This document shows positions 49,858-63,705 of a stretch of 64,000 nt of DNA, one piece after another (the stretch's first letter is position 1; every line of letters begins with the position of its first letter). The translations under genes and the position numbers were made by a program. The notes below the pieces were generated by a model. That model did not search any database and was not told where the DNA came from. It saw nothing but the letters and a program-made list of their open reading frames with translations. This stretch comes from Dipteris shenzhenensis (lineage: Eukaryota), in the NCBI GenBank assembly GCA_047967505.1, contig CM106538.1; one strand, given 5' to 3'.

Positions 49858-49887
49858 ATGTATATTCTGAAAAAAAGAAGCAAAAAT

Positions 49888-52860
49888 TATTAGATATCAA
49901 CGCTCCACTCTCGTGTAACTATGCGGGAACCAGCTAACTCTACTTGTAAGCCCCCCATATGAGGAGAAGGCATTTGAGTAGCTAGGTTATCCGGTAGGTC
50001 TTGGTTTGGACACCAAATTGGGGCCATGTATGGCCTGATGGTTGGACGGCTTCAGATAGAGTTGGCACATTGCCAACTAGGCTATATGCAAGTGCAGGAA
50101 GGCATCCCACATGTGACTGACTACATTGAGGGTAGACGGAGCATTTCTCGGGGCAGCCCACTCTTGGGCTGCGGGGTCTGTTTGGAGCCCTAGATGATCC
50201 CAGATGCGAACGGCAACCGTAGGTCAATTGCTCTATTCTACACCACGGTTTTAATGTGTGGTCGATGGCCTATTTCAGGACTGACCTCTAGTCGGTTGTT
50301 TTGGGCCGAGGGTCGGCAATCTCCCAATCAGGTCTAACTGACTACGACTGGTGGCTATATAAGAGCAAGCCCGTGAAGCCCATCATCATCACTGGCTACA
50401 ACAACCCTGATTCCTTAGCATCCCCAACTACTGTTTCCACACCATCAAAGCTTCTCACACAGGAGCACATGGCTAGGAGGCAGCGCCATCTATTGTATCA
50501 ATTTTACAGTAATCAAATTTTTGATTCTCCATGCTATCTGCTTTTCCCTCTTACATATTAGATCTTGTTATTTGTTGAGTACAGACGTTGTATTGTTTTC
50601 TTACATGGTATTAGAGCCTGGGCTCTAGCAAGAAGATTTAGTAGTGTGTTTCTGTTTGTGAGCAGATTGTGAGAGATAACCGAGCCCACAAGATTGCGAA
50701 TCCCAGTGTTCGACGAAAGCGGAAAGTTGGATGGCACTAACTGTCCACTCTGGAATTCAAGATGAAGACCATCCTAAGTGCATACGAGCTTTGGGATACT
50801 ACTACTGGGGTGGATGTGAAGCCGGTTGCGAGACTGAATCCAGCCAATGCAGGACAACAGATAGTACCAACTATGGATGAGATTCTCGCGTGGACAATAA
50901 GAAATGCAGATGCACTCTGTTCTATTTTCTGCAGTGTAAGTGATTTTGTCATGGAGTTAATTCAACATGTCACCACAGTGAAGGAGGCATAGATGGGGTC
51001 TTGAAAAGTCAGTACGAGACCACGAATCAGACATGGATTCAAAATCTAGAGACTAAACTCACGAACAAGAAACTGTCTGAGTCTGAAACGGCAGAGAAGT
51101 TCATCACCAGGGTGAAGAATCTGCGCGATCAGATGATTGCAATTGGCATCACCATCACCTGCGAGAATCTAGCACGAAGGTGCATACGGATTCTCCCACC
51201 AAAGTACGATGGTCTTGTTACGGTGCTGAATACATAGAACAGAAATCCACCCCTCAACTTTGAGGATTTCATCACGATGCTTCTAGAGGAGGAGATGCAT
51301 CAAAAGATGAGGACTGGAGAAGATTCAGCTTTCTCGGCTGGGATCAAAGAAAGGTAAGGGTAAGGACTCTAGTAACCCATCTTCTTTCGATGATAAAAAG
51401 AGAAAGAAGAAGTCAAGTGCTTCTATTGCAACAAGGTAGGGCACAAGCAGAATGAGTGCCCAAAGAAGATTGCAGATGAAAAGAACGGAGTAAAGAAAGA
51501 GTCCAACAATAGCACGCAGGCAGTACCAATAGAGTTGTTCATAGCAATTGAGGAGATTTGCACGGAGGTAGTTCATATACCTATGGATGAACCTTGGATT
51601 ATTGACAATGGTGCATCGTGCCACATGACCAGTCAGAAGGATTGGTATCCTCTCTACATCCGGTAGGGAATGACATCCTAGTAGCAGTCAGCAATGATGC
51701 AAAATGTCCAGCAAAAGGAAAAGGTACGATTGCTCTCAAGTCAGATGGAGTTGTAAAATAGTTGTCTGATGTTCTTTATGTGCCAGATATCAAGAGGAAC
51801 TTGTTGTCTATTTATGTGATCACAGATCGGGACCTCAAAGTTCACTTCAATAAGAATGGCATACAAATTTTGGATCTTCAAGAGAAGGTCATTGGTAAAG
51901 GTACACGGCGCAACAACATCTATGAACTCTCAATGATTGCAAACTTGCTAGAAATTATAGATCTGCCCGATGTATGTGAAGCTTGCATGATGGGCAAGCA
52001 GCATCGGTAGACCTTTCCTAAAGAGGCCAGCAGAGCAAAGGCTCCTCTAGTCATTCACACAGACCTCTGTGAAAAGATGGAGATGGAAGCTTTGGGTGGT
52101 TTCTACTACTTCATGATGCTGATCGATGACTACAATAGAAGGATATGGATACACTTCCTGAAGACTAAAGATGAGGCTTTTAGTAAGTTCAAAGAATGGC
52201 ATGTAATGGCTGAGAAAGAAACGGGGAGGAAGGTGAAGAAGTTGAGATTAGATAGAGGTGGAGAGTTCACATCAAGTGAATTCAAAAGTTACTGCAAAAG
52301 TCATGTGATCAAGAGGTAGAAACCCCTGCCACATACACCACAGCAAAATGGAGTAGCAGAGTGCAAGATGTGCGTCATTTGCAAAATGGGCAGGAGTATG
52401 ATGAAAGGGAAAGATTTGCCAAAGACTTTCTGGGCTGAAGCATGTAACACGGCAGTTTACATTGTGAATCATAGCTACACGAAGATTGTGAATGGGATGA
52501 CTCCATTGTAGGCCTTTTCTAGTAAGAAACCCTCAGTTGCACATTTCAGAGTTTTTGGATGTGACTGTTTTGTACATTACGGGCTGAAATAGGCCCCACG
52601 AGCATGGTACTAGTGGATTGATGCCTACTTTCTACAAAACCGGTCCAGGAGGAGCCCATCTGATGAAAATTTGTATACGTACAGAGAAGGAGGCAGGTGT
52701 TTGATCATGGTCCTTTATGTGGACGACCTTGTCATAACAGGGAACCATGAAGAAAAGATCTCGCAAACAAAGCAGTTGCTAGGAAGAGAGTTTGAAATGA
52801 CAGACCTCAGGCTAATGCATTTTTTTTTGGGGATAGTTTGGCAAGAGCCAAAATAGGGTA
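49888..52860 (+). mobile_element. 3'-truncated, internally deleted Ty1/copia (5' LTR ~49888-50605)
   Basis: PBS TGGTATTAGAGC at 50606; gag 50700-51500; WIIDNGASCHMT; integrase 52077-52319; jump to RT near 52577 (YGLK*APRAW, LYVDDL). Left LTR edge approximate. Confidence 0.87.
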
Positions 52861-52889
52861 TGATATTCCCACCATTGTGGTATGATATC

Positions 52890-54860
52890 CCACCATTGTG
52901 GGTCTAATATATGGGTAGCATAGTGCAAAGAGTTGTATGGTTGATTCCTTTTTTTGCACCATCTTTTGCAACATAGTTCGACGAGCCATACTGTATCCAC
53001 CTTTGCCTGGCCTTGCATATTCCTTCAAAACATCCCTCTAAATAGTCCACCAAGCCATAAAAGCACTTCCCATGCTTGGACCTTTCACATCCAACCTACA
53101 GATTGCAAATCAAATTGGCTTCATGTCTTCCACTTCATTAGACACCCTCTTCCAAAACACTAGATTATTAACCAATGCCTAAGTCGATAAATTCGTTACA
53201 GGAGCCGCTCAAGCATGGTTCGGCTATCCACTCTATGGCCTCTATGCTGAATAATATCTCAGCTACAGGGGCCTACTGCTTTAACAACCGCTCCATCATT
53301 ATGTGCCAAAACATGTCTCACCTCGCTTTAGAAGCTCCATTGGGTGATTTGCAGATTGGTGATTCTTGAATATATATAGTAATTGATCATGGTTTAAGAA
53401 AGTATAACACAACTTTTCTAGCCTCATCCACAACTTTGAAGAAGTTTGTCTCAGGTGTTTGGTACCAATCCTCCAAGACTAGGTCTACACATTGACATGA
53501 GCATTGCGATGCCCAAATACATCGATATCTTTGACATCTAACATCTACCATGAAGAGTACATGGGTTTAGGTACTCGGATGGACAAACATTTCCTAGGAG
53601 ACCCTCAAAGATAGATTAGAAAGTGCAAGGGTCTAGGAGTGGTAAGGGTGGTATCCATTTTGGTTGGTCAAACATCAGCAACTGCAAACACAATTGTGGA
53701 TGACATAGTCACACACCGCCAGTCTCAACTTGTAATTGAAGAAAGAACCATGGGTCTTGGATCCGCGGGTGAGAAATCGATGACTCTTAAAAGTTGCTCG
53801 CAAAGTGCAATTGCACACAGTAGTGGCATAGAATCCCTTCTCAAAGGCTTCACCTCATAAGATTTTAGTGTACCATGTGCATTCAAAAGGAGGGGTATTT
53901 TAATTTGTGGAAGTTACGCGCATAACATAATCACACACTTTTGTAGGGTCACAGGCTTGTTAGGCTCTAGAGCCATGTTCATGTTTGTATGCACATACTA
54001 ATGGATCAATAATGTGCAAAATTTTCTACCTTGACACGTATCAAAATATTGGTCATGTCTTGATCAAATTTATTCGACAATACATCTTGCATGGAACAAT
54101 CATTTCACTTAGTGTTATTTTGCCATTACTCATAATTGTGCTAGACCTCGAGATGGAGCCACCATCCAATCTGCCTATGGACCTAGGCGTGGGATGGCCA
54201 ATCACCTTTTCCCACATCCTACTCTTTCTCGAGTAAGAATGTATCTACACTATGATCTTTTGCAACATCATGCTCTATACATGAAAGTTGGTATTTCACA
54301 CATGCTAGTGTAGTAGCTAGCACTGCTTACATGCAAATGGTAGTTCTTTCTCTCACACCATCTACTTTCCAATCCCAACCATATGACATAGCTATTTGAA
54401 AGATTTAAAAGCATTTGTTCACGCTACAAGCAATCTTAAACATTTAAACTCAAACAAAATACATAAGGAACTAGCAATTGATTGATTTTCAATACCCATG
54501 GTCCAAATCGATGTTCAAATTCCATTGGAATAGTTCCACATATTAAATGTTCACTCATTTACATCTTCAGCTTGTACATGGGTTACTCTACTCTTTGCAT
54601 GGTTAATGCCTTGTAGAAGGCTAGCAACGGATTCGACCCTTGGTCCCTCACATCTCTTTATTAGTTTTTCTTCATCACCAATCAAAAGTTTTCTTATCCT
54701 CAAAGCAGATCCTATGAAGACTTGGTTGCAAAAGTTGCACATCCACTTCTGATGATGAACTAACATTGTAACAAAATCCCATGGTATCACCACACTTTGC
54801 CCTCATCCAAAAGCCTCATTTGGTGGTTGATGTTGGCCTACCCTATCTTCTCTGTCGTCC
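52890..54860 (-). pseudogene. hAT-like transposase remnant (BED finger and DUF659-like pieces)
   Basis: 54551-54793 PW...WMCNFCNQVFIGSALRIRKLLIG; near 53400-53530 WASQCSCQCVDLVLED; near 53050-53170 FWKRV...RLDVKGPSMG. Confidence 0.55.
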
Positions 54861-57099
54861 ATGATTGCCATCCATGTAAAAGAGATAAACCATCTCAGAT
54901 CATTAATATGTTTTCAGCAATTCAAGACAATATCACTAACATGTTATAGGAAAAAAATGTACGTTTGCTAGACCTCAAGAGAGAGAAACTATCCAATCAT
55001 CTTGCCCCCTCCATGCATGATTGGATGGTTTTAGATGTGGTAACCTGCCTATGGAAATAGGTGTAGGATGGCAAGTTGCCTTTTCTCACATCTCGCTCTT
55101 TCTTGAGTAAGCATCTATCTGTACTATGATCATTCGTGATATCGTACTCTGTACACGAATGTCGGTATTTCACAACCACTATTGCAGTAGCTAGCAATAC
55201 CTACATGTGCACTTATCAAGACTCTTTATTTGAATCTATGAAGTAAAGGACACCTACCTAGGCTAGACATACCTAACATGAGTTTAGATGTACATATCAT
55301 ACCTATATAAGTTCAACTAATTGTTAAGAAAGTATTACAATCTACACATAAATGCATGGTATAGTTTGCCACAAATTTCATCTTACAAGTAAGAAGACAA
55401 TTATAGTCCATAACATTCTCTAACATGTAGTCTGCGGGTTGATACAAGCTAGTAATTGCAAGCTACACAACTGGGTAGAATTTCAATGGTATCGACGACT
55501 GGCGAATGAGAGCCACAACCAGTGAAAGCCAAGTATTATTATTTTTCTCAATAAGTACATATAAACTGTAATATATCATTTACTATTTCACATCCATGTG
55601 CGAGTAGTTATCGGTTGGAATATCTTGACCACACACACACATGCACATGGTTCAAAGATATAATGTATCCATATGCGAGTAGTTACAAGTTAGCATACAC
55701 AGATGTTCCACTAGCATGTAGATACTTGCTTTCAAAATCTTCTATATTTTTACTATTTTTTTGTAATAGATATAGCTAATGACTATTAAACATGTAATTT
55801 ATTTACAAGTTTATAAATACCAAAAACTATAAGGTTTCACTAAATTTAAAAGCTAATTCGCTATGCCTGTAAAAATAACTTTCTTTTTTATTTTTTTTGT
55901 GAAAATAACTTCAAATATATTTTAAAAAAATATTGTTCTTTCCTTTCAAATCACAAACCATAAACCATAAACTAAGAGCTTTGCATTCATCCATTTTGCA
56001 TCCTAATGTGGGTAGATATCAACTGGCTTGAGCAAGAGCCCACCACCGACACTGGATACTTTTTAAAAGGATACAAAAACTTACAAATTTGTTTGGAAGC
56101 TTTCTTTATCCCTTTTTTCTTGTCCTTTTATGTTTTTTTTGAGACTCCAAGTAGAGCTAGATTCTCAGGAATGCAAATAGTAGAAGGTGGGCGCACAATA
56201 TATATAAGAAATTATACTACATGGTATGTGCAACAAACCCGCACAGTAGTTGAAATGTACCATGCAATATATCTATCACCGCATGGTATAGATAAATACC
56301 GAGTGGTATATTTATCTTCTTACTGCATGGCATGTAGTTTTACCACATGGTAATCTCGATAAAAAAAAGTGGCAAGGCTGGTTTAAACCGCTCCAGGGGG
56401 GTCCAAAAAATGTTTAAAATGTTTCAATTTTCCAGTTTAAAATGCCCGTTTTCATTCCCTCCCAAATCCATGTCTACCTCATGTGTAGATCCTTTTACCT
56501 TAGGTCTCTGTACGATGGCACTTTGGAAGTATTCAAGCATTATCTTTGATTACATTCTCTTTGCTTCCATAATGGGGAATTTCTCCCATACAAGTTTGAA
56601 GATCTCCAATGAAGGCGTCAATTCAAGAAATTGGTTTGTTTTTGGAGGCGACATCACAAAGTGCTTTGCGTCTCTCTTGGACATCTATTGCCAGTTGGGT
56701 GTGATTTTTTGGTGAGCTTTTTGTCACGAGATTTTTTTCAATTTTCATGAATATTGTGAGCTTTTCATTCACCCATCTCCCCAGCGTCTCTATTCCATCC
56801 AGGAGCTGAGAGGGGGTTTTAGAGGCCGACATCTCCTGATGTCACCTAGAGAGAGAGGGCCTTGCTTATGGATATGAATGAACCTGACATGACAACTTCG
56901 TAAAGTAAGGCTTATGAAGTAATGGAAGGATCCTCATGCAATACTATGTGTGTACAATAATGTGTGCATGGAATTTGGAAAAACCTTTCTTTGAAATCAA
57001 AATGAAGGTATCATGGCTTAGATTGGGAGGAGATGAGGAGAAATCAAAAACCAACATGAAGAGAAGTCCCATCCACACAGTGCACTATCAACAAATAAA

Positions 57100-58860
57100 G
57101 AGATCAAGAGACTTTTTTTCACCTGCATTCCACTGAACAGTTGCAGGGCTGCCTTGCCTGCCCATTCTGAGCACAACCAACACTTATGTCACTCCAAGAG
57201 ACCACATTCCACTGTGACATCTCTGTGAACACTGCCCTTGCATCACTTAGGTTCATGCACTTGCAATACATATGGACGAGGGCATTCCCCACAATAACAT
57301 CTAACTCCCATCCATTGCCAACAATAGTAGCATGGGTCACACGACCCTCTTCTAGGGATGTCATACAAGCACAAGCATCCACAATTCAAATGAAGGTGAT
57401 CTTGTCTGGCATGAGACCTTCAACTTGCATTTGGCCAAATAATTGTAGAGATTCTTTGCCATGCCCTTTATGGGCACACGCAGCAATCATGGCACTCCAG
57501 GAGATCACATCTTGCTGTAGCAACTCTACAACAAACACCACCCTCGCATCCTCTATGCTCCTACATTTGCCAAACCTATTGATGCCAACAATAGTGCATG
57601 GATTACTCTACCCTCTTCTAAGGCTCCGAGACTAATGCATACATCCACGGCATGCATCCACGATGCAGATGAAGGTGATCATGTCTAGTGCAATACCTTC
57701 AGCCTGCATTTGACCAAATAGTTGTATCTTTGCCATGCCCTTTCTGGATGCATTCAGCTATCATCGCACAATAGGGGATACAATTCTGTTGTAGCATTTC
57801 AGCAAGAACTAGCCTTGCATCATCTAAGCTCCCACAGTTCCCATACATATTGATGAGGGATGTACCAAGGACAAAATCCAATCGTTTTTGGACAACATCC
57901 AAGGTAATTAAGGGCTTGTAGTCTGGTCCCCACACCTCTGTCAAAGCATATTCAGGGTATATCTCCCTCTTGCAAAACTTAATCGAACTATCATGCCCTA
58001 ACAACGTCTCGAAACTTCATGACCCTATTTGGCCTACTCCTTATCTTTCACAAAATTCGTGCTATAGGTCCTGTACTATCTCCCTCAAGTCTTGAATTCA
58101 CTCCACCCTCTCCTTAAGGCAGTTTCTAGCCAACCTGATATCGCCATACATAGCATGTCCAGAGATCATTGCACCCCATGCCCTTGCATCATCAAGGCTT
58201 TCACACTTGCCATACATGTTGATGACAACATTTTTTATAACATCTGACTCCCCTCCGTTGCAGCAACAGTAACATGGATCACTCAATCCTCTGCTAGGGC
58301 AATCACGATGGCTCACAAATCCATAAGGTAAAGAGTAGCAATGCCTCCTTGCCAATCAAGGCACTCCAAAAGATCACATCTCACTGTAGCAACTCTGTAA
58401 CAAACACCACCATCACATCCTCTCTACTGTTGCATTTGCCATACATATTGATAAGAGCATTCCCCACAACAAAATCCAACTCCCATCTATTGCTAACAAC
58501 AGTAGCATGGATTACTCTACCCTCTTCTAAGGCTCCCATGCATTGGAATATGAGTTTATCTGGCTTCATGCCACTATGTTGCATTTTCCCAAAAAGCTCG
58601 AGCAAGAACAGCATGCACATGTTCAGTGCATCCTACAATCAAAGCACCCCATGACACTACATCCCAATAGGTCAGTTCATAAAATTCTTTGTGCACCTGA
58701 ACAATTGCAGGGCTGTCTTGCCATGCCCATTCTGAGCACAACCAGCAATCATCGCACTCTAGGAGACCACAACCCATTGTGGCATTGCTGCAAACACTGC
58801 CCTTGCATCATCTAGGTTCACGGAATTGGCATACATATTGACAAGGGCATTCCCCACACA
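57100..58860 (-). pseudogene. PLS-class PPR gene fragments
   Basis: Repeated VGNALVHMYCKC, GTSLINMYGNCGSLDDAR and VVSW motifs in shifting frames. Confidence 0.88.
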
Positions 58861-59037
58861 GTAACCTCTGACTATGGAACCAAAAAAGAGCAGAAAGCAT
58901 AGAGCAATAAAGACACTCTTGTGCCACACAACCACCATGACCAAGGACATAGTATCTGTTACATGACAACCTCAACAAGAACATCAAAAGTGATGATCAC
59001 AAGTATTACTGTCAATACTACATAGTTTATGGAAATG

Positions 59038-61828
59038 CTATTCTATACTGATTGATCGCAGACACATGTCAGCAACAACATTGTCATTCTCTATGGAAAG
59101 ACAATGGCGACCTAAGTCTTCGCAAAGCCTTGCCATCCCAAAGCAACCTGCAAAGACATTGATGATGCAATCACCAGGGTTTGTGAATGTTCTGAGTATC
59201 CACCTACAAGAAGCACTAAAAGGGATCAGAGGATGTTTGACAATCCATATTTGTTTTCCTTGAAAGAACTTCAATTATACCCCATAAATTCAATCTGTGC
59301 TTGTATAGGGTCTTACTCGTGCAAGTAATCTGATCTTTCTACCCCTCCTCGTAAGTAAGTTGATGCAACTTGTGTCTGTTTTGTGACATGTTTATGGTCA
59401 CACTCGTGTAGCACTGATGTCTTTGCTGGAAAAAGCTTATTAGAGACATTTGCACCTGTCTATCGATCCATGTGTGGGAGGTCCGATTTTCCACGCCAGA
59501 AGATACCCATTTGTAGATTGCGAACCTAATGGATGATGACACCTCAAGTTAGATACATCCAAATCATGCTTATTAGACCAATATAAACAAACATTTAGAT
59601 GATTTAATGTACCTCCTCTCCATCATCATGTAAATAACCAAAGTCAAGAAGCACCATATATGATCGATGGAGCTTGAACTCGGCCTTTTTCGCATGTGCA
59701 AATATATAGCCCCAATGTTTTGGGAGAGAGCAAGTCATGTACCACCCCTGGTCTACTACAAAGTCATTGGCAAACTCCACCACCCTTGCAGAGAGCTTGA
59801 GGGAGAATCTATTCCACTCTGGGCATGTAGTACTACTTATGAGTTCCACTACCAAACTTGTGGGAAAATCTGCCCATACCAAGCGAACCACCTTGACACA
59901 AGAATTACCATTGTGTGACAAACCTGGTGCTTTCACTTTTCTTAAAAATTCATCAACCCTACAATGAACAATTTAATCTCCCTAGATCAATGACCTATAT
60001 TCCAAAATAGATTCTTAAATGTACGCATTTCTTTAAAAAAGAAACACTTACAGCTTTGGTGCATTCGACAACTGAATGATATCCTCTGTAATTATATCCA
60101 TATATGGAAACAACTTTACATCTGCATCAAATCCTAGCTTGAAAGCTTTAGTTTGGCTGCAAAATCAAAAAATCATAACCAAGAAAGAGAGGAGTGATAC
60201 TCACTAGATAAACTCAGTTGTTGAGTAATGGAATTGGTTCTTGAAGCATGAAAATTGAGTCGTTGCTTTGTTCTCAGCTCTTGAGTCTTAGAGGACTCTA
60301 CATTCTCCGATAGAACCTACTTGTAAGAATTACAAAGGACAAGACTCTAGGTTATACTATATTGTTTCTTTAGTGTTAGTTGTTAACTATTACATAAGTA
60401 TGAGGAGTAGAGGTCTCACAGGTCTTTTCTTAATAGCTGACTCTCCATCCGTTGATCTAGGTCATAATGTGATATCCACATAAGGGTTCTCTGCATCCAA
60501 TTCATCCTCATCCATATTGTCTTCCATGTTGTTCTCGAAGACTGAGCAGCAAATGTTGCAAACTTAAGTATATGGTAGATACCCGCATATATAGACATTG
60601 GTCTAGATGCCTATGGAATAGGGAACTTTGGAGTATTACCTTCATGTCTATTTTTCTCAATGGGATGTACTTTTCCCAGTGGGTAATCCAACCACCAAGG
60701 ACACACATTAATCTCCCAAATCGTTATGCCCTTATCTTTCCAAGATAAGGGATACATGCTTCCCCCTTTCTCCATGTTTGTCCATGCCATGACCTCATAT
60801 GGCATCCTTGAAGATGAATTGGTATCATGCCAAGACCATATCCACCTATTATGTATGAAAGAATGTAGACATATGAGTGAAACAATTTATTAATCCTAAG
60901 AGAAAGGAGAGGGTTGCTATTGTACCACTTATACACCAAGTGTAAAGATGACTCCTGCATTTTTGGCTGCTTATTTGCTTCAAGAGTAGACTTCATATCC
61001 TTCCAAAGCATAGGGAAGGCTTCTTGGAGGTGAAGTCATCTTTGCTCTTGAGCAAATGTCTCAAACCCATCGGGCAGTTCCAAATCATGGCTTTGCAAAT
61101 TGTTGATGATGGAAATCCCTCGCTCAAACAAGTATTGCCAATATGTTTCCTTTTTCACATGTAGTCGAAACTTTTGGGCATCCCCATACTTAGCAGATGC
61201 AACTGTATCATTTCCACGTACCATCATCAATTGTTGTAGAAGCTCTTTTTTCCTATTAATATCATGGCAAAGGAAAAAAATATTAGCATCACTATGGAGT
61301 GATTGTGCAAAAACATTAATCGACATTACCTATTAGGGTTGAGACGTGATGAGGCTAATATATGGACTTTGTCCTTAGTCGTGGCACCCTTTTGATTCCA
61401 ATCATAACTAAATAGAAGCTCAAATAAGCCATCACCATTTGCAAGATTGGCAACAGGTACCATCTTGTATGCTCGATCACGAAAGATGACTTCCACATTC
61501 TTAATAGCCTTACTAAAGTTATTAGTATACTCCTCCAGACTCATCTTCGATTGATCAAGATTTTGAGTAGCTTTCTTGATTGCATGTGAAAAATCATCCT
61601 TCCATGAAAACAAGAAATCAAAACATTGTATGCTTGATCATGAAAGATGACTTCCAAAAGAAGTTCACAAATAGAACCTATCAACTTGAGGATGTTGATG
61701 GCATCGTGATACCCAGATGCACCAATGAGTATCGCCTTAAATTCTTCTATGCTCGACCACCTTGAGGGCCAACAGACCCTTTTTGTTAGTAGAGAAGACC
61801 TGCTGGGAGGGGAAGGATGTGACGCCAA
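59038..61828 (-). pseudogene. Multi-exon gene relic with C-terminal N4/N6 DNA methyltransferase-like domain (beta-type motif order)
   Basis: 59604-59936 VRLVWADFP...PEWN (motif IV-like); 59038-59210 ILRTFTNPGDCIINVFAGCFGMARLCEDLGRHCLSIEND (motif I-like); GT-AG-like gaps between blocks; upstream same-strand ORFs 60724-61828 of unknown family, linkage inferred. Confidence 0.6.
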
Positions 61829-61973
61829 AATTGATATTTTTCATTTGGCATTGGTATTGTTTTCTTCTATGTTTGATAAGAGTTTGAGTATCAAGTGATA
61901 GCCTAGCGGCTCTCACTTATTTCTATTTTCAAAGATATTGTATGGGATTGAGAGGATGAGTGGAATGGATCAT

Positions 61974-62930
61974 TGTAAATACCATAGGTATGAATTACAA
62001 ATACCTTGGTATGGGGTGAGAGTTATTTGTGTATGGGATATTCTGGGGTTTTTAGAAAATAGGACTTAGAGAGTCATATAAAGAGGTGGACTCATGTCCA
62101 TGTGTTTCAATAATATTAGAGAGGCCACATGCCAAGCGTGTGGAAGGCATGTGGAGGAGTGTGAAGTCGAGAGGAATCCTTCTAGAATTCCCATGTGGAA
62201 TAAGGAGGATGTGGACATTAGGAAAATAGAGGGTCCCTGTGGGCTCCATCTGGGGAGACTCTTGACTTTCTCAATATTTTAAGAGTCAAGCATCTTTTAA
62301 TGGGACACATGGCAAGAGTAGCCAAAAAGGACATGGATGGTGACATACGGGCTTATGTGATTGATGGGGAAAAGAATCTACGGGCAACAATTGTAAATGG
62401 GTGAATGAGGGTGATAAAATCTCTTAAAAAGGAGCCCTCCTCTCCCTTGTTCACCATATCTCTTCCACCATTAGGCCTCATGTTGTTGTAGCTCTAGTCT
62501 CCTCAAGCCTCTTCCATGAGCCTTCTCTCCCTCTTGTAGATATTCTCTTATGTAGACTCTTGAGTCCATCTCTCTCTAGTTTATTCTCTCTCTATGAGTA
62601 GTCTTGGAGCTTCTGCGCCCTGTTGTATGTATGAAACCTCTTCTTCTCCCTTGTGTTTGTAGTATTTTGAGTGTATTTGAGTGGAGTCTTACTCTCATGG
62701 CAATGAAAGTCACTTCTTATAATTTTCCTTGAGTCTCCATTCCTTTTTCTCCATTCCTATGTTCTTTTCTGTCTCTATTCAAGTCTCTAAAGTAGTTCTT
62801 GTTCGGCCGCTCACTATGCACACATGGTCCATCCATTTCTCGAGCCACCATGCAAGGTTCTTCCTCTCTTTTAGGCGAATTCTAGGGGTATTCGATTGTT
62901 GATAATTGTGGAGCCTTAAGGGAGTAGTTT
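61974..62930 (+). repeat. Possible LTR fragment
   Basis: Starts TGTAAAT, TATA-like element near 62424, CT-rich downstream; no partner or TSD found. Confidence 0.3.
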
Positions 62931-62934
62931 GCTT

Positions 62935-63683
62935 ATTTGTTTGCAGGTTGAAGAAAGCCTTGTATGGCTTGAAGCAAGCACCTAGAGAATGGTCTGACAA
63001 GATAGGACAGTATCTTGTCACTATTGTCTTTCAAATTTCCAAGGGAGATTTCTCACTTTATGTGAGAAAAACAAAGGTATTATGCCGCTTGTCATTTATG
63101 TTAATGATTTGATTATCACAGGCGATAGTGATGAAGATATCCTTCATGTGAAAAGGCTATTGAAGCAGAAGTTTTAGATGAAGGATTTGGGAGGGCTGTG
63201 TTATTTCTTGGGCATTGAGGTGATTAGATCACCAAGTGGGATACGGCTCTTGTAGAGGCAGTATGGATTGGACATGCTGTCCAAAGATGGGATGACAGGC
63301 TGTAAGCCTATTTCAGTTCCTTTGGAGCAGAATGTGAAGCTCAACACAGATGCAGGTGAGCTTCAGGAAGACCCTACTATGTACAGACACATAGTAGGAA
63401 TTTTGATTTATATGACTATTACCAAGCTAGATTTGAGCTATGCTGTTGGATTGGTAAGTCAGTTTATGCAGGCTCCAAGGAAACTGCATTTGGATGCGGC
63501 TAGATGCATACTCAGGTATGTGAAGTTGACATTGTAGTATGGAATATTTCATGAGACTGGGGTTCAGATATAGTTGCATGGATACACTAATGCTGATTGG
63601 GCTAGTAGTATTTCTTATAGACAATCTACTAGTGGATATGTGTGAGAGATGTGTTCTCTTTTGGGAGTGCTGCAGTCACTTGG
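62935..63683 (+). pseudogene. Ty1/copia RT / RNase H fragment, same family as 2147-12849
   Basis: [37 protein letters not shown], closely matching ORF 3991-4224. Confidence 0.9.
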
Positions 63684-63705
63684 AGCACTCCCAAAAGAGA
63701 ACACA

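Noticed and set aside
57100-58860. Functional PPR editing factor
   Set aside because: Many frameshifts and stops; no continuous ORF or DYW domain seen.
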